DNA of 64,000 bases. It comes from Chloroflexota bacterium (lineage in GTDB: Bacteria > Chloroflexota > UBA11872 > VXOZ01). The stretch spans positions 10,688-74,687 of the forward strand of contig JAPOQA010000058.1 in assembly GCA_026710945.1 (NCBI GenBank), given 5' to 3'. The position numbers and the translations under genes are program-made. Below the pieces are notes generated by a model that was not told where the DNA came from, did not search any database, and worked only from the letters and a program-made list of their open reading frames with translations. How positions within the stretch are numbered: the stretch's first letter is position 1; every line of letters starts with the position of its first letter. Shown one piece after another: positions 26,987 to 36,546 of this stretch.

Positions 26987-27151
26987 CCCTCATCCTGGCC
27001 CTCTCCCCGAGGAGAGGGCGGTGCTCTTGCGCCAACTGCCGAAGTTGCGCAGGGGAATTCTTAGCCAAGGGGATCTTTTCGCCTGTCGGCTTTGGCATCT
27101 AGAGACTGTCCGGCTTCCAGCCAAGACGTAGCGCGGGGGCTTGTCCCCCGC
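26987..27151. repeat. Intergenic repeat nest: family C palindrome plus a single 33-bp-unit homologue (26987-27060), and the GC hairpin GTAGCGCGGGGGCTTGTCCCCCGC (27128-27151)
   Basis: Sequence comparison with 19915-20050 and with hairpin copies at 22961, 42029 and 43351. Sits between convergent genes, so it is also a likely bidirectional terminator. Confidence 0.55.
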
Positions 27152-27207
27152 CCCTTCACTCCTGTACTGCCTCTGACCTTGCTCACCAAAGCCAAGTTAT
27201 TTGTGTG

Positions 27208-28083
27208 CTAGACCGTCACACTGCTGAATGCCAGAACGATAGCCCCCAAAGCGATTACGACTGCGCCCCCAATGCGCGGCACCGGCGACGATTCCCGCAG
27301 AATGACGATGCCAAGTATCGTGCCGATAACCACCCCTACTTCCCGCAATGGCGCCACTTGACTCACCTGGCCAATTGAAAGCGCCACCAGCGCGAGACTG
27401 TAGGCCAGCGGAGAGAGCACCGCCCCGGCGCCCATGGTGGCCGGATGCGCCCGCCACACCGCAATCAACGTGCCTACGCGGCGGCGGAGCATCCACGACA
27501 TTGATATTGCCGGACCGAGGAAGGCGCCGGTGACGTACAGCAACGGCGGCACGTGCGAGACGCCCACTTTGTCCCACAGTGAGTACGTGGCGATGGTCAC
27601 GCCGGTGACTACGGCAAAGATAAGGCCGGCCGCCGGTCGGAAGTGCGCGGCCAGGGTCTGCCGAGAGAGATCAGGTGGGATCTGAAGAATGAGGAGTCCC
27701 AGCACGATGCCGGCAATGCCAAGCCCTTGCGGCAGGGTGATGTGCTCGCCCAGTATGAGCACCGCGCCGATGGGGGTGAGCGCCACGCCCATGCCGCGGG
27801 CAAGGGGATAGACGAGCGACATGTCACCGTGTTCGTAGGCTTGCGCAAGCAATGTGAAGTAGAACGCGTGAATGATCGCCGTACCCAGAAAGAACCCCCA
27901 ACCGGTGAGCGAAATCGACGACCCGACGAGCACGTAAGAGGCAACCGGCAATGTGGCGATTGTACCGGCAACACAGATGTTCCAGGTGTAGATCAGAGGC
28001 CTGCCGCTGCGCTTGAGGAGCAGATTCCACGTGGCATGCGCCAAGGCCGCTCCCAGCACGAGCAGCAACGCGAGGACGGTCAT
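27208..28083 (-). CDS. DMT-superfamily (EamA-like) transporter
   Basis: Ten predicted TM helices in two EamA halves; N-terminus ALAHATWNLLLKRSG. Confidence 0.8.
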   Translation of the reverse strand: MTVLALLLVLGAALAHATWNLLLKRSGRPLIYTWNICVAGTIATLPVASYVLVGSSISLTGWGFFLGTAIIHAFYFTLLAQAYEHGDMSLVYPLARGMGVALTPIGAVLILGEHITLPQGLGIAGIVLGLLILQIPPDLSRQTLAAHFRPAAGLIFAVVTGVTIATYSLWDKVGVSHVPPLLYVTGAFLGPAISMSWMLRRRVGTLIAVWRAHPATMGAGAVLSPLAYSLALVALSIGQVSQVAPLREVGVVIGTILGIVILRESSPVPRIGGAVVIALGAIVLAFSSVTV

Positions 28084-28572
28084 TTCTTCGCCTTGCCGAT
28101 CTCCCTACGGTAAGCATTCAATACCGTACACACCAGCGGTTTTCGTGTCGCTGCCGCGCGCCTGTGATTGGAACAACAGTTGATCGTGACTATACTTGCA
28201 CCCTCCTGAACCCGCCATGTCCACTATGCAGATTGACTACAACTATTCGCTCAGCCTTGCCGTGATGGGAGTATAGGCGGCGAAGATGAGCGAATAGTTG
28301 CAGTGGGTCTTCCCAGTATAGCGCGCCTGACCGTGGACGGCTTTGCACCTGGCAATCTGCCGTGGCGTGCACTTGGGATCAGCAGGGATTAGATGGTCTG
28401 ATTAAGTTCGTCTTAGTGTACGGACAGGACTAGACTTGGCTGCGTATAGGGTACAATTCAGAAAACAAACTAAAGATTCATGCAATTCGCGACTCAGGGC
28501 ACTGGTACGGAAAGTACAATCGCTTGATAATGTCCTTAACTCAAAGGGCGTTTGCTATAGGAGAGTGCGAGC

Positions 28573-30000
28573 ATGAACGATGGAATACGTAGCACAAGTC
28601 GACGCCGAATCTTGCAGGGCATCAGTGGGTCTCTCGCCGCGTTGGGTCTGGCAGCATGCGAGTATCAGTCTGCACCATTAGGACCACCCCCTGTAGCAAC
28701 GGAGATGGTGGTGCCGGTCCCAACGAAACGACCCCGGCTTGAGCCGGTTGAAGTCGAATTGAAGATTGGCCCAATCTCCGACCGAAACTCTGAGGCATTC
28801 CAAGAGTCTGTGAGAGTCTTCCACAGCTACTATCCTGGCATTCGGATCAGGGTGGAGTTTCCAAGCGGAGGAGCGAGTCAGCGGGAATGGATAGCAGTCA
28901 CTTTTGCCGCTGGGAGTGGAATTGACGTAGCGCAGATATCCGGGTCTCACGTTGAGTTTACAAAGTACAACTTCATTAGGAAACTGCACGAATTCGCTAA
29001 GGCAGACAATTCATTCAACATCGAGCCGTACTACTCGCGCATTGTCGATTATTACAACACCCCGGGCGAGGGGCTGTGGTGCCTGCCGTGGAGCTACGCT
29101 ACCGAGACTCTGTACTATAACAAGCGGCACTTTACTGAGGCTAGTATCCCCACTCCTGATTTCAATTGGACCTGGGACGATGTCCGCGACGTGGCCCGCA
29201 AGCTAACCAAGAAGGCCGGCAGCGATATAGATACTGAAGTATGGGGTGTTGAATTTCGGTTGTCGCATCTTGATTACGTGCTGCGATCGTTCGGTGGAGG
29301 CTTCCCAATTGGGGAACCGGAGAATTCCGAAAGGATCCGCGCTGGAAACATCGCGGCTATGCGGTTCCTTTCTGATCTCGTAAAGGATGACCGTGTCCAT
29401 CCATATCCTGCCCTGGGATGGAGCGATGGCTTTGCTCTTGGCAAGGTGTCAATGGCCTTCCTGCCGGAGTGGGCTAGTGCCAGGCTCAACGCGATTGAAG
29501 GGCTTGACTACGACGTGGCTCCCATGCCCCAGGGCCCGGCGGGAAGTGTGACCTCATTTGCGGTTAGCGGTGTCGCAATGGGAGGATATGACTGTTTTCA
29601 CCCTGATCATTCCTGGGAAGTCTTAAAGTGGTTTGCGCACGCTGATTTCGGTAAATGGGATGTTGCCCGGGCAATCCTGTTTCCCGAGGGGATGCCGACC
29701 GCTCTCATCGCCGCGAATGAGAACTGCTGGACCACGCACCATCAAGAACCGGATAACCGGCGCCTCTTCCTTCAGAACACCGAAAACGCAATGGTGCCAT
29801 TTTCAGACAGCCCGTGGTGGCCCCATCTCTCAGAGGCCATGCTGTATAGTGACTTACGACGGTATGTGAGTAGTATGCTTGTTGGCCGTGCATCAGTGGA
29901 GGAGGGGGTCGAAAGGCTGGAACAGAGTTGGAAGACTGTTTGGCCAACGATTGCCGAAGCCTTGTCAAAGGACAATGCCAGTGTAGGTTGCAGATTCTGA
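28573..30000 (+). CDS. ABC transporter substrate-binding lipoprotein (sugar-binding, family 1), Tat-type signal
   Basis: SRRRILQGISGSLAALGLAAC Tat motif with lipobox; SBP_bac_1-like length and composition. Confidence 0.8.
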   Translation: MNDGIRSTSRRRILQGISGSLAALGLAACEYQSAPLGPPPVATEMVVPVPTKRPRLEPVEVELKIGPISDRNSEAFQESVRVFHSYYPGIRIRVEFPSGGASQREWIAVTFAAGSGIDVAQISGSHVEFTKYNFIRKLHEFAKADNSFNIEPYYSRIVDYYNTPGEGLWCLPWSYATETLYYNKRHFTEASIPTPDFNWTWDDVRDVARKLTKKAGSDIDTEVWGVEFRLSHLDYVLRSFGGGFPIGEPENSERIRAGNIAAMRFLSDLVKDDRVHPYPALGWSDGFALGKVSMAFLPEWASARLNAIEGLDYDVAPMPQGPAGSVTSFAVSGVAMGGYDCFHPDHSWEVLKWFAHADFGKWDVARAILFPEGMPTALIAANENCWTTHHQEPDNRRLFLQNTENAMVPFSDSPWWPHLSEAMLYSDLRRYVSSMLVGRASVEEGVERLEQSWKTVWPTIAEALSKDNASVGCRF

Positions 30001-30260
30001 GGCGGACGGGAGAAGTTCCATTGGGTGCACAATGCCTGGCACTGCGCCCCTTAAATCGCGGAAGCAAGTTTCTTCAGCCAAAAATTCGAGAGACGACTTT
30101 AGCCTCTTGATGGTTGGACTAGCTTTGGGATGTGTAGTAGTATTCTTTCAGAGATGCCCTAATTCTATCAAGCTTTTTCCGGGATGTAGCGATTGGTGGT
30201 TTCCCGGCGAGAAAGTAGTGTCAATAGTTTGTGAAACGCGGAGTACAGGAGGGTGTGAGT

Positions 30261-31646
30261 ATGAGAGCAAATTCCGTTGGTTTGAGTCGACGCCGGTTGT
30301 TGCAGGGCTTCGGCGGGACGTTAGGCATATTGGGCTTGGCGGCGTGCGGCACTGTTGCCATGGCCCCGGCTGCGGAAGAAGAAGCCATGGCGCCGAAGGA
30401 AGAAGAGGCCAAGCAAGAGGCGCCCGCACCGGCTGAGCCGACCGATGTCGAATTCCTTATCGGCCCCTTTGCCGGGCGCAGCGTCGACGCCATGGATGCG
30501 TGGCTGGCGAACTTCCATGAGAAGAATCCGAGCATCCAGATCAAGCTGATCATCGCGGAGGCGGGCACGAATTATCAGCAGCAAATCGCCACGTTTGTCG
30601 CCGCCGGCGCCAATGCGGATGTGCTGCACATGTCCGGCGGGCACTTTACCTATGCGGCCGAGGGCGTACTGGTAAACTTGGATGACCACATCAAGGCAGA
30701 TACGAACTTCGACATCGCGGCCTACTATCCGCGTGTCACCGAGTTTTACCGCGTGCCTGAAGGCGGGCAATGGGCGTTGCCGTGGAACCATGCCACTGAG
30801 GGCGTCTACTACAACAAGACACTGCTCGCGGAGGCCGGACTAGACGAACCGGGCAAAGACTGGACGTGGGACGACCTGCGCGAGATGGCGCGAGTCCTGA
30901 CGAAGGACGCCAATAATGACAACGAACCGGAATCGTGGGGCGTTGAGTTCCGGCTGGTGCGCATCGATCACGTGCTGCGGTCGTTTGGCGGCGGCTTCCT
31001 GGCCGATGACAACACCCGGTCTGTCATCACGGAACCTGGCTCAATTGCCGCACTTCAGTACCTGGCCGACCTGATGCTCAAAGACCGCACCCATCCCTAC
31101 CCGGCGCTGGGCTGGAATAACGGTTTTGCCGAAGGCAAGATAGCGATCTCTTTCCTGCCCGAGTGGGCGGCTGTGCGTTTGGCAGGTGTAGAGGGGCTAG
31201 ACTTTGACGTCGGACTCATGCCCCAGGGACCCGAAGGCAGATACACGTTCTTCGGCTCCGGCGGCGCCTCCATGTTCAGCACGTCCGATGCCCAGGACGC
31301 GTCCTGGGAGGTGCTGAAGTGGTTTACGAACTTCGACGGCGGCGAGTGGGGGATGGCGCGGGCAATTTCATTCCCGTCGGGTTCACCGTCTGCGTTGATC
31401 GCGGCCAATGAGTTCTTCTGGAATGAGTATCTCACCAAGCCGGAAAATCGCACGCGCTTCTTGCAGAATCCCGACTTTGCCGTGGTGCCCTTCGGCGGCA
31501 GTTGGGACGGCAGATTCTTCGATCAAAGCGCGCGCCAGGCGCTGCCCCAGATTTGGGAAGGTACCAAGTCAGTGGAAGAGGTAGCGCGGGAACTGGATGC
31601 CATGTGGGTCGCGCGCCTGGAGGAGACCGGCAGGCACCAGGGATAG
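30261..31646 (+). CDS. ABC transporter substrate-binding lipoprotein (paralogue of the preceding gene), Tat-type signal
   Basis: SRRRLLQGFGGTLGILGLAAC. Colinear similarity to the upstream SBP (WGVEFRL...LRSFGGGF...HPYPALGW...). Start set at MRANSVG. Confidence 0.8.
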   Translation: MRANSVGLSRRRLLQGFGGTLGILGLAACGTVAMAPAAEEEAMAPKEEEAKQEAPAPAEPTDVEFLIGPFAGRSVDAMDAWLANFHEKNPSIQIKLIIAEAGTNYQQQIATFVAAGANADVLHMSGGHFTYAAEGVLVNLDDHIKADTNFDIAAYYPRVTEFYRVPEGGQWALPWNHATEGVYYNKTLLAEAGLDEPGKDWTWDDLREMARVLTKDANNDNEPESWGVEFRLVRIDHVLRSFGGGFLADDNTRSVITEPGSIAALQYLADLMLKDRTHPYPALGWNNGFAEGKIAISFLPEWAAVRLAGVEGLDFDVGLMPQGPEGRYTFFGSGGASMFSTSDAQDASWEVLKWFTNFDGGEWGMARAISFPSGSPSALIAANEFFWNEYLTKPENRTRFLQNPDFAVVPFGGSWDGRFFDQSARQALPQIWEGTKSVEEVARELDAMWVARLEETGRHQG

Positions 31647-31685
31647 AGGTCACACCGGCATCTTGGCAAACAGGTTAATTGGGAG

Positions 31686-31726
31686 TGACATCTCCGCAGA
31701 ATACCCATCTGCGGAGATGTCACTTA
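31686..31726. terminator. Perfect 17-bp inverted repeat (aGTGACATCTCCGCAGA-ataccca-TCTGCGGAGATGTCACt): hairpin terminator or operator
   Basis: Read directly from the sequence, 40 nt downstream of the SBP2 stop. There is no clean U tract, so it may equally be a protein-binding palindrome. Confidence 0.45.
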
Positions 31727-31916
31727 GAGGGGCTAAGTTTATTCTGCCATTCTGTCCGTCTGATCAAATCATGGCCAGCTTGTTGCACAATTATCGAATG
31801 CCCCACTCGACCAGGGCATAGATTCGGTCCATACTCTGGTAGTTCAAAGAGGATGTTAGGGGTGAGGGACGGTCCCTTGTCTGCAGCACGAAAGCACGGA
31901 ATTGAGGTCTTGAGAC

Positions 31917-33149
31917 ATGAGCGCGATTCGGGTAGGCGTCGTCGGTATTGGCGGCCGCGGGCAGAACTATCTGCGGTGGATCAGTGAAGTTGACCGCCGC
32001 GCATACTTGGGCGCAGACCGGCACTGGAGTCATGCCAAGCGGACCTCGTACTGGGGGACTGAGTTGCGGGAATCCCGTGACATTGCGTTTCCGGAAGAGA
32101 TGTATAAGCAGTATGCGCGCAGTCTCGAGGAGTACGGGATCGTAGAAACGCGGGACCTGAAGGCCGATGTCGTGGCCGTGTGCGACGTACAGGAAGATCA
32201 CCTGGCGACAGCCAATGAAGTCCTCACTGAAGAATTCGGGCGGGATGCACCGGTAGCCTATACCGACTATCGCCAGATGCTGGACGAAGCCAATCTAGAC
32301 GCCGTCGTTGTGGTCAGCGCCAATTTCACCCATCGGGAGATCGCCGTCGCAGCGCTGGAAACTGGAGCTTGGGTGCTCTGCGACAAGCCGCTGGCGACCA
32401 CGGTAGCGGACTGCCAGGCAATCGTGGACGCCGCCCACCGCAGCGGCGGCAAGTGCTTTATGGGCTTCAACGAGCGTTCCAATCCGGCGGTGACGAAAGG
32501 CCGCGAAATTGTGGCAAGCGGCCAGATCGGCCAGCCGCAGATGGTATTGTCTCGCACGATTCGCCCACCCTTTGCACCGACGCCGTGGCGCTACAGCCAG
32601 TCCCAGAGCGGCGGCGCCCTCAATGAAAAAGACTGCCACAGCTTCGATCTCTTCAACTGGTATGTCGACTCGAAACCCGCACGCGTGATGGGCATTGGCG
32701 GCCAGCATGTGCTGACGGAAAACAACGACATTATCGATCACGCCTGGGTGCTGGTGGAGTACGAGAACGGCGCGAAGGGCTGCTTGCAGCTCTGCCTCTT
32801 TTCCCCGCCTTCCACCGGACCTGGCGCGGTGCTGGACGCCGTCGGAGCTAACGGGCGCATTATCGTCAAGGGCGGATCGGTGGAAGTCTACGGCCGCCGG
32901 CCGCTTAATGACCGGGCCGTCTATCACGTCAGCCGTGATAGCAGTATGCCGGGACATTCCGGAGACCTGACCCAGGCCTTTCGTTTCCTGGACTGCGTCG
33001 CCCACGACAAACCGGCGCCGGCAACTCCCGAGGCCGGTATGGAAAGCACCGTAATCTGCTTGGCGGCGGAGGAGTCGATCCGGCGCAACGGCGAGTGGAT
33101 TGACATAAGAGATTTTGTGGCGCGAGAGCTGCAGGCGGCCTCGGCTTGA
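31917..33149 (+). CDS. Gfo/Idh/MocA-family oxidoreductase
   Basis: MSAIRVGVVGIGGRGQNYL Rossmann N-terminus; 410 aa. Confidence 0.8.
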   Translation: MSAIRVGVVGIGGRGQNYLRWISEVDRRAYLGADRHWSHAKRTSYWGTELRESRDIAFPEEMYKQYARSLEEYGIVETRDLKADVVAVCDVQEDHLATANEVLTEEFGRDAPVAYTDYRQMLDEANLDAVVVVSANFTHREIAVAALETGAWVLCDKPLATTVADCQAIVDAAHRSGGKCFMGFNERSNPAVTKGREIVASGQIGQPQMVLSRTIRPPFAPTPWRYSQSQSGGALNEKDCHSFDLFNWYVDSKPARVMGIGGQHVLTENNDIIDHAWVLVEYENGAKGCLQLCLFSPPSTGPGAVLDAVGANGRIIVKGGSVEVYGRRPLNDRAVYHVSRDSSMPGHSGDLTQAFRFLDCVAHDKPAPATPEAGMESTVICLAAEESIRRNGEWIDIRDFVARELQAASA

Positions 33150-33182
33150 CGACTGATAATCAGTTGAATCTACTGATATAGT

Positions 33183-33500
33183 TCATGCTTCGACAGGCTC
33201 AGCACGAACGGGGGCAGTGTGCTCAGTACGAACGGAGCTAACGTGCTTCGACGGGCTCAGCACGAGCGGGGCTAGTGTGCTTCGACAGGCTCAACACGAG
33301 CGGAAGAGGGAGAGCGGTGTGGGATAGAAGCCGTTCGCCCTGAGCAAAGTCGAAGGGTAAACGGCGGAGGATGGCGGCACGGGACGCTCTCCCCCTACCC
33401 GGAGTCCGTTCATGCTTCGACAGGCTCAGCACGAACGGGGGAAGTGTGCTCAGCACGAACGGGGCTAACGTGCTTCGACGGGCTCAGCACGAACGGTGAG
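33183..33500. repeat. Array of at least 5 direct and 1 inverted copies of the 25-bp motif GCTTCGACAGGCTCAGCACGAACGG, organised as a duplicated roughly 100-bp block
   Basis: Copies at about 33187, 33246, 33278, 33413 and 33472 (+ orientation) and 33341 (- orientation). ORF 33238..33456 is a repeat translation. Confidence 0.7.
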
Positions 33501-33761
33501 TGGGTGAACAATGAAGAGTTCGGCACGAACGGGAGCCGAATACCCGTACTGGCCCGGCACGAATGGGACTTAGCTGCTTTTTGTGCTAGCGAGAGCTAAT
33601 TAAGTCCCACTTAAATTTGAGTTAATGCGCCGGTCAATCATGTTTGCAAACAGATTCCATTGACGGTCCAGTTAGTCTGAGTGGATTGAGAAGCCGGTCG
33701 CCTACACTGATTTCATCTATATTGCAGACTTGACCCACTGCATTGGGAAGAGGAACAAGCC

Positions 33762-35222
33762 ATGCCAAAGCGCCCAAATGTCGTTGTCATCATTACCGAT
33801 CAGCAGCGGTCGGACTGCATTGGGTACGCGAATCCGGTCCTCGAGACGCCGTATCTCGACCAGCTCGCCGGGCGCGGCGTGAAATTCACGCGGTGCTATA
33901 CGAGTTCACCGTCATGCTTGCCGTCGCGGGCCGCTATGATGACGGGCATGGACCAGTGGAATCACGGACGGCTTGGCAGTGGCGCCGGCCAAGACGCCTT
34001 GGACTTTCCGGCGACGCTGGCGGGCGAGCTAATGAAGGCTGGATACCACACTGCCAGCATAGGCAAGTCGGACCAGTTTCCCCGACGTGCGCTCTACGGG
34101 TTCTATGAAGCCGTGCAGGATAGCACGGGCCGTGGTCTCTGGACAGACTACATGGCTTGGCTGCGCGAGGAGACAGCCGGCAAGATCGGTGACCTGGACC
34201 ATGGCCTTGAGTGGAACAGCTTGATGGGCCGGCCAAGCCACCTGCCGGAACACCTGCACGCCACCCATTGGACGGTGAGCGAAGCGGTCAAGTTCATCGA
34301 GCGGCGCGATCCTACGTGCCCGTTCTTTCTATGGATGTCGTTCACGCGTCCCCATGCGCCCTACGATCCTCCGCCCGTCTATTTCGATATGTACAAGGAC
34401 AACCCCGATATCCCAATGCCGCCTATGGGCGACTGGGCCGCGGAATTCGATGAGCCGATTGCCAGCACCACTGCTTGGCGGGGCCGGGCCCCTGACGCAC
34501 AGGTGCACCGCACACGTGCGGCTTACTACGGAAGCATCACATTCATCGATCATCAGGTGGGCCGTTTCCTGTATGAATGTAGTTGGCGCGATCGTGAGGC
34601 CTTGCGCAACACCCTCTTCATCTTTACCTCAGACCATGGCGACATGCTCGGCGACCACTGTTTGTGGCGCAAGGGCTACTCCAACGACGGCTCCGCACGT
34701 ATCCCGTTCTTCATCAAGTATCCGGACACGTGGGATGAGGAGCGTGGCGGGTCTTGCGACGAGATTATTGAACTACGCGATCTCATGCCGACGGTGCTCG
34801 AAGCCGCGCGGGTGGAGATCCCTGAATCGGTCGACGGTAAGAGCCTGCTTCCGCTCGCGCGAGGCGAACCAACTGAATGGCGCGAGTACCTGCAAGGGGA
34901 ACAGACCAGAATCCATGGCTGGGACCAAGGCATGCAGTTCATCGCGACGAAGCGAGATAAATACACCTGGTTTCACCATACGGGCAGGGAACGCTACTTC
35001 AACCTGGTCGAGGATCCGCAAGAGTGCCGCAATTTGGCCGGGCATGCCGAAGCCAATGGGCGCATTGAGGAGTTACGTGCGCTCCTTGCCCAAGTCAACG
35101 AGCAGCGCGGTGACCCGCGGGGACAGAACGGTCAATTGGTAGTCCAAACCAACGAAGCTCTCCTACAGTCACCAAATTACGCCAAGTGGAAGGCCCGCGC
35201 GGACGAACGCATGAGCTTGTAA
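33762..35222 (+). CDS. Cys-type sulfatase (arylsulfatase family), no signal peptide
   Basis: MPKRPNVVVIITDQQRSDC...YTSSPSCLPSRAAMMTGM contains the C-x-P-x-R formylglycine site and the metal-binding DQQ motif. No N-terminal signal is evident. Confidence 0.85.
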   Translation: MPKRPNVVVIITDQQRSDCIGYANPVLETPYLDQLAGRGVKFTRCYTSSPSCLPSRAAMMTGMDQWNHGRLGSGAGQDALDFPATLAGELMKAGYHTASIGKSDQFPRRALYGFYEAVQDSTGRGLWTDYMAWLREETAGKIGDLDHGLEWNSLMGRPSHLPEHLHATHWTVSEAVKFIERRDPTCPFFLWMSFTRPHAPYDPPPVYFDMYKDNPDIPMPPMGDWAAEFDEPIASTTAWRGRAPDAQVHRTRAAYYGSITFIDHQVGRFLYECSWRDREALRNTLFIFTSDHGDMLGDHCLWRKGYSNDGSARIPFFIKYPDTWDEERGGSCDEIIELRDLMPTVLEAARVEIPESVDGKSLLPLARGEPTEWREYLQGEQTRIHGWDQGMQFIATKRDKYTWFHHTGRERYFNLVEDPQECRNLAGHAEANGRIEELRALLAQVNEQRGDPRGQNGQLVVQTNEALLQSPNYAKWKARADERMSL

Positions 35223-35340
35223 GAGCCGTGGCTCTTCAAGCGGTGCCACATACCGCCACTCACACAGATTTCGGCAGGGATTCCCAGCACTAAACCTGCG
35301 GTTCGCTCCGGCTTCTTCGCCTCAGAGCTAGATAGTACGG

Positions 35341-36546
35341 TTAGAGATAGCTGTCAAGTGCGCTTAGGAAGTTCTTGTAGACGCACTGCTGCTCCCAGAT
35401 AATCCCATCCACGCCCAGGCTCCACCATTCGTCCGGCATGAAGTAGACGGATACTTCTGCCTCTGATCCCCAACGCCCCCACCAATTGATCAGGTGGAGA
35501 TTATCTGACTGGGTAAGCCAGAGGGCGAGATCGACCAGTGTTTCGTTGCCGGTTAATCGTGCCTTGTGGTAGCACGCAGTCATCAGTTGGAAGAGCGCGC
35601 GTTGCGGTTCATTCCCCAGAAAGAATTCGGCGCCGCCCGACCCCGCCCACGTACTGGGAAATGGCGGAAGCGCAAGCTGATGAGCCTGGTCACCGTAGGC
35701 GTTGATCATCTCCGTAGCCGTTGCGGGGGTAACGCCCTCGCGTTGCAGGTACCGTGGCAGCGCCTGCATGAACTCAAACACGCCGCTGTCGTAATACTGG
35801 TGCTCCCCGAACGTCTCGAAATCCCACCCGACCATCACAAATTGGCCTGCCGCACTCCGGACCCAATGCGCGTAGTCGTCCGCCATGAGCGGCCACCCCG
35901 CCCACTGGCGCTGCGAAAAGCGATAGCCGACGTCATCGCTCAGTTCATAGTGCCGGGCAAGCATCTTTACCGCCGGTCGGTGATAGTAGAGATACGTGGG
36001 CTGGCGCCAGTCTAGAGTCCACTCCCTGCCGTCCATCAGAGCGCCATGGAAGCCGGCACTCTCCACCGCGCTGACAATCGTCTCCGAGACGAGCATTTCG
36101 GTCGTGTCGGTCACGGTGGGTCGCTTGCCAAAGATACCGGCAAGCTCGTCTGCCATGGAGTGCATTCGCGCGGTGAACTCGGGCAAATCGATCAGCATGA
36201 GGAACGAGTGATAGGGATCGACGCCAATCAACTCCGTGTTGGGGTGGGCAACGATGCGCTTGAAGCCGTCTAGGACGGATGGCTCCCATTGTTTCGCTTG
36301 CCTGATTAGCGAAATTGAAACACCGAAGCAGAGCTTGATGCCGCTATCGAGAAGCTGCAACCACAGATCTGTGGCGGGCCTATAGCTGTAGCGGGCCACC
36401 TTGCGAAAATAGCGCTCATTCATCTTCTCATCGAAGAGGAGCGGCGCCATGTCTTCCGGCGCGGTCCCGGGTGGGATTGCTCTGGCGGGTAAACGTACTC
36501 GCCGTGGTTGATGTGCGATTACGTAGATGACCAGGTTTTCAGCCAT
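35341..36546 (-). CDS. Glycoside hydrolase family 57-like protein
   Basis: N-terminus YVIAHQPRRV (the HQP motif of GH57), followed by a GWDFETFGEH-type catalytic region; about 400 aa. Confidence 0.6.
   Translation of the reverse strand: MAENLVIYVIAHQPRRVRLPARAIPPGTAPEDMAPLLFDEKMNERYFRKVARYSYRPATDLWLQLLDSGIKLCFGVSISLIRQAKQWEPSVLDGFKRIVAHPNTELIGVDPYHSFLMLIDLPEFTARMHSMADELAGIFGKRPTVTDTTEMLVSETIVSAVESAGFHGALMDGREWTLDWRQPTYLYYHRPAVKMLARHYELSDDVGYRFSQRQWAGWPLMADDYAHWVRSAAGQFVMVGWDFETFGEHQYYDSGVFEFMQALPRYLQREGVTPATATEMINAYGDQAHQLALPPFPSTWAGSGGAEFFLGNEPQRALFQLMTACYHKARLTGNETLVDLALWLTQSDNLHLINWWGRWGSEAEVSVYFMPDEWWSLGVDGIIWEQQCVYKNFLSALDSYL

Noticed and set aside
33238-33456. 72-aa ORF (PFDFAQGERL..., VLSLSKH...)
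   Set aside because: It is encoded by the dispersed 25-bp repeat family, and the same peptide fragments appear at every copy.
33762-35222. Sulfatase as an exported enzyme
   Set aside because: No signal peptide or Tat motif is present; the N-terminus goes directly into the catalytic core (MPKRPNVVVIITD). The enzyme is treated as cytoplasmic.
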